Of a DNA stretch of 32,000 bases, positions 18,241-27,528 are shown one piece after another. The DNA is from Mycobacterium tuberculosis H37Rv (GTDB taxonomy: Bacteria > Actinomycetota > Actinomycetes > Mycobacteriales > Mycobacteriaceae), in NCBI RefSeq assembly GCF_000195955.2, contig NC_000962.3, positions 4,200,001 through 4,232,000 of the forward strand. The letters are read 5' to 3'. The first letter of the stretch is position 1. Each line of letters begins with the position of its first letter. The position numbers were made by a program, and so were the translations under genes. Below the pieces are notes generated by a model. It searched no databases and was not told the DNA's origin. It saw only the letters and a program-made list of their open reading frames with translations.

Positions 18241-18825
18241 CTATCTGGCCGGGTTGCGGCCGGTGAACGCGATCAGCCGCTCCAGCGCCCCGCCATCTTC
18301 CGGCACGTCGACCGGTTCATTGAAACCGGCCACACTACGTTCCTCCGGCTTGATGAGCTTTCGTGCCAGCTCTAGGACGTATTCGGCCAACGAATCGGCA
18401 GCCTTCAGCTCACTCCCGACGGCGACCGCGTAATCCCAGGCGTGCACCAGAAATTCGACCGAGAAGACCGAGACGGCAACCTTGGCCGACATCGAGCCGG
18501 GACCCAGCGATACGTCTCCTTCCAGACCGTGACGGTGCCAGGCGTCCAGGGCCGAACGGGCGGCGCCGCTCACCAGGCGCTCCACAGAGTCAATGTCCGC
18601 ACGCAGTGAGAATTCCGCGCCGACCATGCCGCCGAGGACCATGATTGAGTTGAGCAAATGCTCGGTTAGTTTTTTCACGTCGTACCCCGGGCACGGTGTC
18701 TGCTTGGCCTTGTCCTGGCGGCCGATGGTGTGCAGCACTTGCTGCAGCACCTGCAGCGCGGCTTCCGCGCACGCCAGCTCGTCGGTCGGTGGGGAATCTG
18801 GTCCGGGTCGCGATTCAGGCGGCAT
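18241..18825 (-). CDS. TIGR03086/mycothiol-dependent maleylpyruvate isomerase-like (DinB fold) protein
   Basis: 194 aa: PCPGYDVKKLTEHLLNSI...VEFLVHAWDYAVAVG; typical of this family. Confidence 0.8.
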   Translation of the reverse strand: MPPESRPGPDSPPTDELACAEAALQVLQQVLHTIGRQDKAKQTPCPGYDVKKLTEHLLNSIMVLGGMVGAEFSLRADIDSVERLVSGAARSALDAWHRHGLEGDVSLGPGSMSAKVAVSVFSVEFLVHAWDYAVAVGSELKAADSLAEYVLELARKLIKPEERSVAGFNEPVDVPEDGGALERLIAFTGRNPAR

Positions 18826-18848
18826 ACTGGCCACGCTACGGTCTGGGC

Positions 18849-19673
18849 ATGGGCGAAACCTACGAATCCGTCACCGTCGAAACCAAGGACCAGGTCGCGC
18901 AGGTGACGCTGATCGGGCCGGGCAAGGGCAACGCGATGGGGCCCGCATTCTGGTCGGAGATGCCCGAGGTGTTCCATGCCCTGGACGCCGACCGTGAGGT
19001 GCGGGCCATCGTCATCACCGGATCGGGCAAGAACTTCAGCTACGGCCTGGACGTACCGGCCATGGGCGGAATGTTCGCCCCGTTGATCGCCGACGGCGCG
19101 CTGGCCCGCCCACGCACGGACTTCCACACCGAAATACTGCGCATGCAGAAGGCGATCAACGCCGTCGCCGACTGCCGCACCCCCACGATCGCGGCCGTCC
19201 AGGGTTGGTGCATCGGCGGCGCCGTCGACCTGATCTCCGCGGTCGACATCCGGTATGCCAGCGCCGACGCGAAGTTCTCGGTGCGCGAGGTCAAGCTAGC
19301 GATTGTTGCCGACATGGGCAGCCTGGCGCGCCTTCCACTAATCCTGAGCGACGGCCATCTACGAGAACTCGCGCTGACCGGCAAAAATATCGACGCGGCC
19401 CGCGCCGAGAAGATCGGCCTGGTCAACGACGTCTACGATGACGCCGACCAGACGCTGGCCGCGGCCCACGCGACTGCCGCCGAGATCGCCGCCAACCCAC
19501 CTTTGGCGGTCTACGGCATCAAGGACGTTCTCGACCAACAACGCACGTCCGCCGTCTCGGAGAACCTGCGCTATGTCGCCGCCTGGAACGCCGCGTTTCT
19601 GCCGTCCAAGGACCTCACCGAAGGTATTTCCGCGACGTTCGCCAAGCGCCCGCCCCAGTTCACCGGCGAGTAG
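18849..19673 (+). CDS. echA21: Enoyl-CoA hydratase/isomerase EchA21
   Basis: 274 aa: AIVITGSGKNFSYGLDVPAMGG, TIAAVQGWCIGGAVDLISAVDIRYASADAKFSVREVKLAIVADMGSLARLP (crotonase signature). Confidence 0.93.
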   Translation: MGETYESVTVETKDQVAQVTLIGPGKGNAMGPAFWSEMPEVFHALDADREVRAIVITGSGKNFSYGLDVPAMGGMFAPLIADGALARPRTDFHTEILRMQKAINAVADCRTPTIAAVQGWCIGGAVDLISAVDIRYASADAKFSVREVKLAIVADMGSLARLPLILSDGHLRELALTGKNIDAARAEKIGLVNDVYDDADQTLAAAHATAAEIAANPPLAVYGIKDVLDQQRTSAVSENLRYVAAWNAAFLPSKDLTEGISATFAKRPPQFTGE

Positions 19674-19684
19674 ACCCGGCGACC

Positions 19685-20932
19685 ATGCGCGCTGGCGACG
19701 GCAAGATCCGTGTCCCGGCCGACCTAGACGCCGTCACGGCAACCGGCGAAGAGGACCACTCCGAAATCGACGGTGCGGCCGTCGACCGGATCTGGCGGGC
19801 CGCACGCCATTGGTATCGGGCCGGTATGCATCCCGCGATCCAGTTGTGCATTCGGCACCATGGGCGGGTCGTGCTCAACCGCGCGATCGGGCACGGCTGG
19901 GGCAACGCCCCCACCGATGAGGCCGATGCCGAGAAGATCCCGGTGACGACTGACACCCCGTTCTGCGTGTACTCGGCGGCCAAGGCGATCACGGCGACCG
20001 TTGTACACATGCTCGTCGAGCGCGGACACTTCGCGCTCGACGACCGCGTCTGCGAGTACCTGCCCTCCTACACCAGTCATGGCAAGCACCGCACCACGAT
20101 CCGGCACGTGCTGACCCACAGCGCAGGCGTCCCGTTTCCCACCGGGCCCCGACCCGACGTCAGACGCGCGGACGACCATGAATACGCGGTGGAAAGGCTC
20201 GGCGAACTACGGCCGCTATATCGGCCCGGACTGGTACACATCTACCACGCGCTGACCTGGGGTCCGTTGATGCGTGAGATCGTCTACGCGGCCACCGGCA
20301 AGGAAATCCGCGAGATCCTGGCCACCGAGATCCTCGACCCGCTGGGCTTTCGGTGGACCAACTTCGGCGTCGCCGAGCGCGATGTGCCGCTGGTCGCGCC
20401 CAGTCACGCCACCGGGCGGCAGCTGCCGCCGGTGATCGCCGCGGTGTTCCGCAAGGCGATCGGCGGAACCGTGCACGAGATCATCCCCTATACGAACACC
20501 CCGTTCTTCCTCAGCACCATCCTCCCGTCGTCCAACACTGTGTCAACGGCCAACGAGCTGTCCCGCTTTATGGAAATCCTGCGCCGCGGTGGCGAACTCG
20601 ACGGTGTTCGTGTACTGAGTCCCGAGACGCTGCGCGGCGCGGTGACGGAATGCCGGCGCTTGCGACCGGACTTCGCCACCGGGCTGATGCCGCTTCGCTG
20701 GGGCACCGGGTTCATGCTGGGGTCCGCCAAGTACGGGCCGTTCGGGCGCAACGCGCCGGCGGCATTCGGCCATCTCGGTCTGGTCAACATTGCGGTTTGG
20801 GCCGACCCCGAACGAGCTCTGTCGGGCGGTTTGATCAGTAGCGGCAAACCCGGTAGGGACCCCGAGGCTGGGCGCTACGGCGCCCTGCTGAACGCCATTA
20901 CCGCCGAAATACCACGGGCATCGTCGGGCTGA
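19685..20932 (+). CDS. lipE: Serine hydrolase of the beta-lactamase/esterase family LipE
   Basis: 415 aa with SxxK motif FCVYSAAKAITATVVHMLVERG, YxN/H-type region IYHALTWG, late HLG motif AFGHLGLVN. Confidence 0.92.
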   Translation: MRAGDGKIRVPADLDAVTATGEEDHSEIDGAAVDRIWRAARHWYRAGMHPAIQLCIRHHGRVVLNRAIGHGWGNAPTDEADAEKIPVTTDTPFCVYSAAKAITATVVHMLVERGHFALDDRVCEYLPSYTSHGKHRTTIRHVLTHSAGVPFPTGPRPDVRRADDHEYAVERLGELRPLYRPGLVHIYHALTWGPLMREIVYAATGKEIREILATEILDPLGFRWTNFGVAERDVPLVAPSHATGRQLPPVIAAVFRKAIGGTVHEIIPYTNTPFFLSTILPSSNTVSTANELSRFMEILRRGGELDGVRVLSPETLRGAVTECRRLRPDFATGLMPLRWGTGFMLGSAKYGPFGRNAPAAFGHLGLVNIAVWADPERALSGGLISSGKPGRDPEAGRYGALLNAITAEIPRASSG

Positions 20933-21080
20933 TCTGCCCACGAGCACGCCACGCCGCCCTAACCGAGCCGGACGGCTTTGTCGTGCCGGTCACATGTCGG
21001 CCTGTTGCCTTATGTCAAGATGCGCCGCCGTACGCGCGCATTATCAACGAGTCAACGTGGTCGGTGCAGACCTGCTATAC

Positions 21081-21096
21081 TCGAACGTATGTTCGA
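21081..21096. promoter_or_regulatory. LexA (SOS) box TCGAAC-GTAT-GTTCGA
   Basis: Perfect inverted repeat matching the mycobacterial SOS-box consensus TCGAAC(N4)GTTCGA; overlaps the ATG at 21089 and the end of a TATACT -10 hexamer (21076..21081). Confidence 0.93.
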
Positions 21097-22648
21097 GATA
21101 TCGTTGTCGGACCCGGTGGAGCTGCGCGATGCCGACGATGCCGCGCTGCTTGCCGCAATCGAGGACTGCGCGCGTGCCGAGGTGGCCGCCGGCGCCCGCC
21201 GCCTGTCAGCGATCGCCGAACTCACCAGCCGGCGCACCGGCAATGACCAGCGGGCCGACTGGGCGTGCGACGGCTGGGACTGCGCGGCCGCCGAGGTGGC
21301 CGCCGCACTGACCGTAAGCCACCGTAAGGCCTCCGGGCAGATGCATCTGAGCCTCACCCTAAACCGACTGCCCCAGGTGGCGGCGTTGTTTTTGGCCGGG
21401 CAGCTCAGCGCGCGGCTGGTGTCGATCATCGCCTGGCGCACCTACCTGGTTCGCGACCCCGAAGCGCTGAGTCTGCTCGATGCCGCCCTCGCCAAACACG
21501 CCACAGCGTGGGGTCCGCTGTCGGCCCCCAAACTGGAAAAGGCTATCGACTCCTGGATTGATCGGTACGATCCCGCCGCACTGCGACGCACCCGTATCTC
21601 GGCCCGCAGCCGCGACCTGTGCATCGGTGATCCCGACGAAGATGCCGGCACCGCCGCACTATGGGGCCGGTTGTTTGCCACCGACGCCGCCATGCTGGAT
21701 AAGCGCCTCACCCAGCTGGCCCACGGCGTCTGCGACGACGATCCCCGAACCATCGCCCAGCGGCGCGCCGATGCGCTGGGCGCGCTGGCCGCCGGCGCTG
21801 ATCGGCTTACCTGCGGCTGCGGTAATTCCGACTGCCCATCCAGTGCCGGCAACCACCGGCAGGCAACCGGTGTGGTCATCCACGTCGTCGCCGACGCGGC
21901 AGCACTAGGCGCTGCACCTGACCCACGCCTATCCGGCCCGGAACCCGCGTTGGCACCCGAAGCACCCGCCACCCCGGCGGTCAAGCCGCCGGCCGCGCTG
22001 ATCAGCGGCGGGGGTGTGGTGCCCGCGCCACTGCTGGCCGAGCTGATCCGCGGTGGGGCCGCCCTCAGCCGCATGCGCCATCCCGGCGATCTGCGATCGG
22101 AGCCGCACTACCGGCCGTCGGCCAAGCTGGCCGAATTCGTCCGGATCCGAGACATGACCTGCCGATTCCCCGGCTGCGACCAGCCCACCGAATTCTGCGA
22201 CATCGACCACACACTGCCCTACCCACTCGGGCCCACCCACCCGTCCAACCTGAAATGCCTCTGCCGCAAACACCACCTTCTCAAGACCTTCTGGACCGGC
22301 TGGCGTGATGTGCAACTGCCCGACGGCACCATCATCTGGACCGCGCCCAACGGCCACACCTACACCACTCATCCCGACAGCCGAATCTTCTTACCTAGCT
22401 GGCACACCACCACCGCCGCACTACCCCCAGCACCATCCCCGCCAGCCATTGGTCCCACTCACACCCTGCTGATGCCACGACGGCGCCGGACCCGAGCGGC
22501 CGAGCTGGCCCACCGCATTAAACGCGAACGCGCCCACGTCACCCAACGCAACAAGCCACCCCCAAGCGGCGGGGATACAGCGGTGGCGGAGGGATTTGAA
22601 CCCCCGGACGGTGTTAGCCGTCTCTCGCTTTCAAGGCGAGTGCATTAG
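21089..22648 (+). CDS. 13E12 repeat family protein (DUF222 + HNH endonuclease)
   Basis: 519 aa; DUF222-like N-terminal region and HNH domain [44 protein letters not shown]. The 3' end is antisense to a tRNA gene. Confidence 0.92.
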   Translation: MFEISLSDPVELRDADDAALLAAIEDCARAEVAAGARRLSAIAELTSRRTGNDQRADWACDGWDCAAAEVAAALTVSHRKASGQMHLSLTLNRLPQVAALFLAGQLSARLVSIIAWRTYLVRDPEALSLLDAALAKHATAWGPLSAPKLEKAIDSWIDRYDPAALRRTRISARSRDLCIGDPDEDAGTAALWGRLFATDAAMLDKRLTQLAHGVCDDDPRTIAQRRADALGALAAGADRLTCGCGNSDCPSSAGNHRQATGVVIHVVADAAALGAAPDPRLSGPEPALAPEAPATPAVKPPAALISGGGVVPAPLLAELIRGGAALSRMRHPGDLRSEPHYRPSAKLAEFVRIRDMTCRFPGCDQPTEFCDIDHTLPYPLGPTHPSNLKCLCRKHHLLKTFWTGWRDVQLPDGTIIWTAPNGHTYTTHPDSRIFLPSWHTTTAALPPAPSPPAIGPTHTLLMPRRRRTRAAELAHRIKRERAHVTQRNKPPPSGGDTAVAEGFEPPDGVSRLSLSRRVH

Positions 22649-22667
22649 GCCGCTCTGCCACGCCACC
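22582..22667 (-). tRNA. tRNA-Ser (anticodon TGA)
   Basis: Minus strand GGTGGCGTGGCAGAGCGGCCTAATGCACTCGCCTTGAAAGCGAG...GGGGGTTCAAATCCCTCCGCCACC; loop CTTGAAA, long variable arm. Confidence 0.97.
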
Positions 22668-22693
22668 GCTGATAAGGGTAACGAGCCGGTAGC

Positions 22694-23680
22694 GTGACCA
22701 TCATGCGTGCCGTCGTCGCCGAATCCTCAGATCGACTGGTATGGCAGGAAGTCCCCGACGTGTCGGCTGGGCCGGGCGAAGTGCTCATCAAGGTTGCCGC
22801 TTCCGGTGTCAACCGCGCCGACGTGCTACAGGCCGCCGGCAAATATCCGCCGCCCCCGGGAGTAAGCGACATCATCGGCCTAGAGGTGAGCGGCATCGTC
22901 GCTGCGGTCGGTCCCGGGGTTACCGAATGGTCTGCCGGACAAGAGGTTTGCGCCTTGCTTGCCGGCGGCGGCTATGCCGAATACGTTGCCGTTCCGGCCG
23001 ACCAGGTGCTGCCGATTCCGCCGAGCGTCAACCTGGTCGACTCAGCCGCCCTGCCCGAAGTGGCGTGCACGGTGTGGTCGAACCTGGTGATGACCGCTCA
23101 TCTGCGGCCGGGTCAGCTGGTGCTGATTCACGGCGGGGCCAGCGGCATCGGCAGCCACGCGATCCAGGTGGTCCGCGCCCTGGCAGCACGGGTGGCGATC
23201 ACCGCCGGCTCACCGGAGAAACTGGAGCTCTGTCGCGACCTGGGCGCCCAAATCACCATCAACTACCGCGACGAGGATTTCGTCGCGCGGCTGAAGCAAG
23301 AGACCGATGGTAGCGGCGCTGACATCATCCTCGACATCATGGGAGCGTCCTACCTGGACCGCAATATCGACGCGCTGGCCACCGACGGCCAGCTGATAGT
23401 CATTGGCATGCAGGGCGGGGTGAAGGCCGAGCTCAACCTGGGCAAGCTGCTCACCAAGCGGGCGCGCGTCATCGGTACCACGCTGCGGGCCCGGCCGGTC
23501 AGCGGCCCGCACGGCAAGGCGGCCATCGCCCAGGCGGTGGCGGCCTCGGTCTGGCCGATGATCGCCGCGAACCGGGTCCGGCCCGTCATCGGCACCCGGC
23601 TGCCCATCCAACAGGCGGCACAAGCGCATGAACTGATGTTGTCGGGCAAGACGTTCGGAAAGATTCTGCTGACGGTATAG
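22694..23680 (+). CDS. NAD(P)H quinone oxidoreductase (MDR/zinc-free alcohol dehydrogenase-like)
   Basis: MRAVVAESSDRLVWQEVPD, LIHGGASGIGSHAIQV, GKTFGKILLTV. ATG at 22703 is an alternative, probably better, start. Confidence 0.9.
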   Translation: MTIMRAVVAESSDRLVWQEVPDVSAGPGEVLIKVAASGVNRADVLQAAGKYPPPPGVSDIIGLEVSGIVAAVGPGVTEWSAGQEVCALLAGGGYAEYVAVPADQVLPIPPSVNLVDSAALPEVACTVWSNLVMTAHLRPGQLVLIHGGASGIGSHAIQVVRALAARVAITAGSPEKLELCRDLGAQITINYRDEDFVARLKQETDGSGADIILDIMGASYLDRNIDALATDGQLIVIGMQGGVKAELNLGKLLTKRARVIGTTLRARPVSGPHGKAAIAQAVAASVWPMIAANRVRPVIGTRLPIQQAAQAHELMLSGKTFGKILLTV

Positions 23681-23698
23681 GCGAACCTCGCGGCCGGA

Positions 23699-24895
23699 TC
23701 AACCTAGCGACGCCAGCGCGCGCACCAGCTGGTCGACTTCGGCCATCGTCGAGTAATGCGCCAGCCCGACGGTGACCGCGCCGCCGACGTCGTTGACGCC
23801 CAGCACGTCGAGCACGCGTGAGCCGGTGTTGGCGATCGCGAGAATTCCGTTGTCCGCCAGCCGCTGCACCACGCGGTCAGCCGGCACCTTGTGGACCGCG
23901 AAGCTGACCACCGGTATCTGTGCTTCCGGGCGACCGATCAGCATCACCAATGGCAGCGAGCGCAACGACACCATCAGATAGTCGAAGACCCGGTTCAGGT
24001 ACGCGTCAGCAGATTGCATCGACACCGCTAGTCGTTCGCGTCTGCTGCCGCGAGCCGACTCGTCGAGCGCCGCCAGGTACTCAATGCTGGCGACCACACC
24101 AGCCAGCAGACCAAACTGGTGCACGCCGATCTCCAGGCGCGCCGGCCCGGTGGCATACGGATTGGTCGAAACCGATCCGAAGGAATTCATCACTGACGGG
24201 TCACGGAAAACCATCGCCCCAATCGGCGGACCACCCCAGGCATGCGCATTCACCGTCACCACGTCGGCGTCGGTTTCTCTGATATCGAGCAACCGATACG
24301 GCGCGGCCGCGGAATGGTCGACCACCACCAGTGCCCCCACGTCGTGCACCAGTTTGGTCATCGCCCGCAGATCGGTGACCCCGCCCAGCGTTCCGGATGC
24401 GGAGTTGACGGCGACCAGCCTGGTTGACTTGCTGATCAGGCTCTCCCACTGCCACGTCGGCAGCTCGCCGGTCTCGATGTCGACCTCGGCCCACTTAACC
24501 TTGGCGCCGTAGCGGTGCGCCGCCCGCAGCCACGGAGCGATGTTGGCCTCGTCGTCAAGACGACTGACGATCACTTCGTATCCCAGCCCGGCGCGTGAGG
24601 ACGACGCTTCGGCCAGCAACGACAGCAGCACCGCCCGGTCGGCGCCCAGCACCACGCCGCCCGGGTCAGCGTTGACCAGATCGGCCACCGCTTCACGGGC
24701 GGCGTCGAGTACCGCCGCGCTACGCCGCGCCGACGGGTGAGCACCCACTGTGCTAGCGCCCGACCGGCGGAAGGCCGTCGACACGGTGGTCGCGACGGAA
24801 TCGGGAATCAGCATTCCGGCCGGTGCATCGAAGTGCACCCATCCGTCACCCAGCGATGGGTGCAATCCGCGCACCCGGGCGACGTCGTATGCCAT
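23699..24895 (-). CDS. PLP-dependent aminotransferase class V (cysteine desulfurase/isopenicillin epimerase-like)
   Basis: 398 aa: YFDAPAG-like start ([16 protein letters not shown]), [38 protein letters not shown] (PLP-pocket region). Confidence 0.85.
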
Positions 24896-24984
24896 GCCAG
24901 CCACCTTAGAACTCGGGTGTCCTAGACGTCCCAGCCCGCCCGGGCTTCCCTGAGCCATGTCACCCGGCCAGCCATACTAATCGA

Positions 24985-26985
24985 GTGGGCCTGTGGTTCG
25001 GTACGCTAATCGCTTTGATTTTGCTGATAGCGCCGGGGGCAATGGTTGCTCGCATCGCCCAGCTGAGGTGGCCGGTCGCCATCGCGGTTGGCCCGGCGCT
25101 GACATACGGCGTGGTGGCACTCGCGATCATCCCCTATGGCGCGCTCGGAATTCCCTGGAACGGTTGGACCGCGCTGGCCGCCTTGGCGGTGACGTGCGCT
25201 GTAGCGACCGGTTTGCAGCTACTGCTTGCCCGTTTTCGGGACCTCGACGCCGAGGCACTTGCGGTTAGCCGCTGGCCCGCGGTTACGGTCGCCGCCGGGG
25301 TGCTGCTGGGCGCCCTGTTGATCGGATGGGCCGCATATCGCGGCATACCGCACTGGCAGTCCATCCCCAGCACCTGGGACGCGGTCTGGCACGCCAACAC
25401 CGTACGTTTCATCCTGGACACCGGCCAGGCGTCCTCGACTCACATGGGGGAGCTTCGCAACGTCGAGACCCATGCCCCGTTGTACTACCCGTCGGTGTTC
25501 CACGGGCTGGTCGCGGTGTTCTGCCAGTTAACCGGCGCGGCACCCACCACCGGCTACACACTGAGTTCGCTGGCCGCCTCGGTCTGGCTGTTTCCGGTCA
25601 GTGCAGCCGTTCTCACCTGGCGCGCGGTGCGCTCACACCCGGGCGCGCTGTGGTCGGCCTCCTGCGCCTCGGCAGAGTGGCGCGCCGCCGGAGCGGCGGG
25701 CACCGCCGCGGCACTCTCGGCGTCGTTCACCGCGGTGCCCTACGTCGAGTTCGATACCGCCGCTATGCCCAACCTGGCGGCCTACGGCATCGCGGTGCCG
25801 ACGATGGTGCTGATCACCTCGACATTGCGGCACCGCGACCGCATCCCGGTGGCCGTGCTAGCGCTGGTCGGCGTCTTCTCACTGCACATTACCGGCGGTA
25901 TCGTCGTAGCGCTGTTGGTGTCGGCCTGGTGGCTTTTCGAGGCACTGCGGCATCCTGTGCGATCAAGGCTGGCCGACCTGTTGACGCTGGCCGGCGTGGC
26001 AGCGATGGCCGGGTTGGTCATGTTGCCGCAGTTCTTGAGCGTCAGGCAGCAGGAAGACATCATCGCCGGACACGCTTTTCCCACCTATCTCAGCAAGAAG
26101 CGTGGGCTGTTCGACGCTGTTTTCCAGCACTCCCGCCATCTCAACGACTTCCCGGTCCAGTACGCGCTCATTGTGTTGGCCGCCATCGGCGGGCTCATTC
26201 TGCTGGTCAAGAAGATCTGGTGGCCGCTGGCGGTTTGGCTGCTGTTGATTGTGATGAACGTCGACGCGGGAACACCGTTGGGCGGACCTATCGGAGGGGT
26301 GGCCGGCGCACTCGGCGAGTTCTTCTATCACGATCCGCGCCGCATCGCGGCGGCCACAACCCTGCTGTTGATGCTGATGGCAGGTGTGGCGCTGTTCGCG
26401 ACAGTCATGTTGCTAGTGGCCGCGGCGAAACGACTGACCGACCGTTTCAGACCCCAGCCGGTGTCTGTCTGGGCATCGGCGACCGCGACACTACTGATCG
26501 GAGCCACTCTGGTCAGTGCGTGGCATTACTTTCCCCGGCACCGATTTCTGTTCGGCGACAAGTACGACTCGGTGATGATCGACCAGAAAGATCTCGACGC
26601 CATGGCATACCTGGCGAGTTTGCCCGGCGCACGCGACACGTTGATTGGCAACGCCAACACGGACGGCACCGCGTGGATGTATGCCGTGGCCGGCCTACAC
26701 CCGCTGTGGACCCACTACGACTACCCGCTGCAACAGGGCCCGGGCTATCACCGGTTCATCTTCTGGGCCTATGGCCGCAACGGGGAGAGCGATCCTCGGG
26801 TACTCGAGGCCATCCAAGTCCTCCGTATCCGCTATATCCTGACCAGCACTCCGACGGTGCGGGGGTTTGCCGTGCCGGACGGACTAGTGTCGTTAGAGAC
26901 ATCGAGGTCGTGGGCGAAGATCTACGACAACGGCGAGGCCCGAATCTACGAATGGCGCGGCACTGCCGCAGCAACACACTCCTAG
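24985..26985 (+). CDS. Large polytopic membrane protein, GT-C/mannosyltransferase-like (Rv3779-like)
   Basis: 666 aa with many hydrophobic segments; GTG start; first gene of a tightly packed cell-envelope operon. Confidence 0.85.
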   Translation: MGLWFGTLIALILLIAPGAMVARIAQLRWPVAIAVGPALTYGVVALAIIPYGALGIPWNGWTALAALAVTCAVATGLQLLLARFRDLDAEALAVSRWPAVTVAAGVLLGALLIGWAAYRGIPHWQSIPSTWDAVWHANTVRFILDTGQASSTHMGELRNVETHAPLYYPSVFHGLVAVFCQLTGAAPTTGYTLSSLAASVWLFPVSAAVLTWRAVRSHPGALWSASCASAEWRAAGAAGTAAALSASFTAVPYVEFDTAAMPNLAAYGIAVPTMVLITSTLRHRDRIPVAVLALVGVFSLHITGGIVVALLVSAWWLFEALRHPVRSRLADLLTLAGVAAMAGLVMLPQFLSVRQQEDIIAGHAFPTYLSKKRGLFDAVFQHSRHLNDFPVQYALIVLAAIGGLILLVKKIWWPLAVWLLLIVMNVDAGTPLGGPIGGVAGALGEFFYHDPRRIAAATTLLLMLMAGVALFATVMLLVAAAKRLTDRFRPQPVSVWASATATLLIGATLVSAWHYFPRHRFLFGDKYDSVMIDQKDLDAMAYLASLPGARDTLIGNANTDGTAWMYAVAGLHPLWTHYDYPLQQGPGYHRFIFWAYGRNGESDPRVLEAIQVLRIRYILTSTPTVRGFAVPDGLVSLETSRSWAKIYDNGEARIYEWRGTAAATHS

Positions 26986-26988
26986 AAG

Positions 26989-27525
26989 GTGCGTAAGAGG
27001 ATGGTGATTGGATTGAGTACCGGCAGCGACGACGACGACGTCGAGGTCATCGGCGGCGTCGACCCGCGGCTGATAGCGGTGCAGGAGAACGACTCCGACG
27101 AGTCGTCGCTGACCGACCTGGTCGAGCAGCCCGCCAAGGTGATGCGCATCGGCACCATGATCAAGCAACTGCTCGAGGAGGTTCGCGCCGCCCCACTCGA
27201 CGAAGCCAGCCGCAATCGGCTACGCGATATCCACGCCACCAGCATCCGCGAACTCGAAGATGGTCTGGCCCCGGAACTGCGCGAGGAGCTCGACCGGCTT
27301 ACCCTGCCGTTCAACGAGGACGCCGTGCCCTCGGACGCCGAGTTGCGCATTGCCCAGGCACAGCTGGTCGGCTGGCTGGAAGGGCTGTTCCACGGCATCC
27401 AAACCGCGCTATTTGCTCAGCAAATGGCGGCGCGCGCGCAGCTGCAACAAATGCGCCAGGGTGCGCTGCCGCCCGGGGTCGGCAAGTCGGGCCAGCACGG
27501 CCACGGCACCGGACAATACCTGTAA
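26989..27525 (+). CDS. bpa: Bacterial proteasome activator Bpa/PafE
   Basis: 178 aa, helical, with C-terminal motif GHGTGQYL (GQYL = proteasome-docking tail known for Bpa/PafE). Confidence 0.9.
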   Translation: MRKRMVIGLSTGSDDDDVEVIGGVDPRLIAVQENDSDESSLTDLVEQPAKVMRIGTMIKQLLEEVRAAPLDEASRNRLRDIHATSIRELEDGLAPELREELDRLTLPFNEDAVPSDAELRIAQAQLVGWLEGLFHGIQTALFAQQMAARAQLQQMRQGALPPGVGKSGQHGHGTGQYL

Positions 27526-27528
27526 GCC

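Noticed and set aside
19724-20179. 151 aa minus-strand ORF plus other antisense ORFs within lipE
   Set aside because: Antisense to a clearly coding serine hydrolase.
25326-26996. 556 aa plus-strand ORF overlapping the 666 aa membrane protein
   Set aside because: Out-of-frame, Arg/Gly/His-rich translation without domain signatures; an artefact of high GC. The membrane frame has coherent hydrophobic segments.
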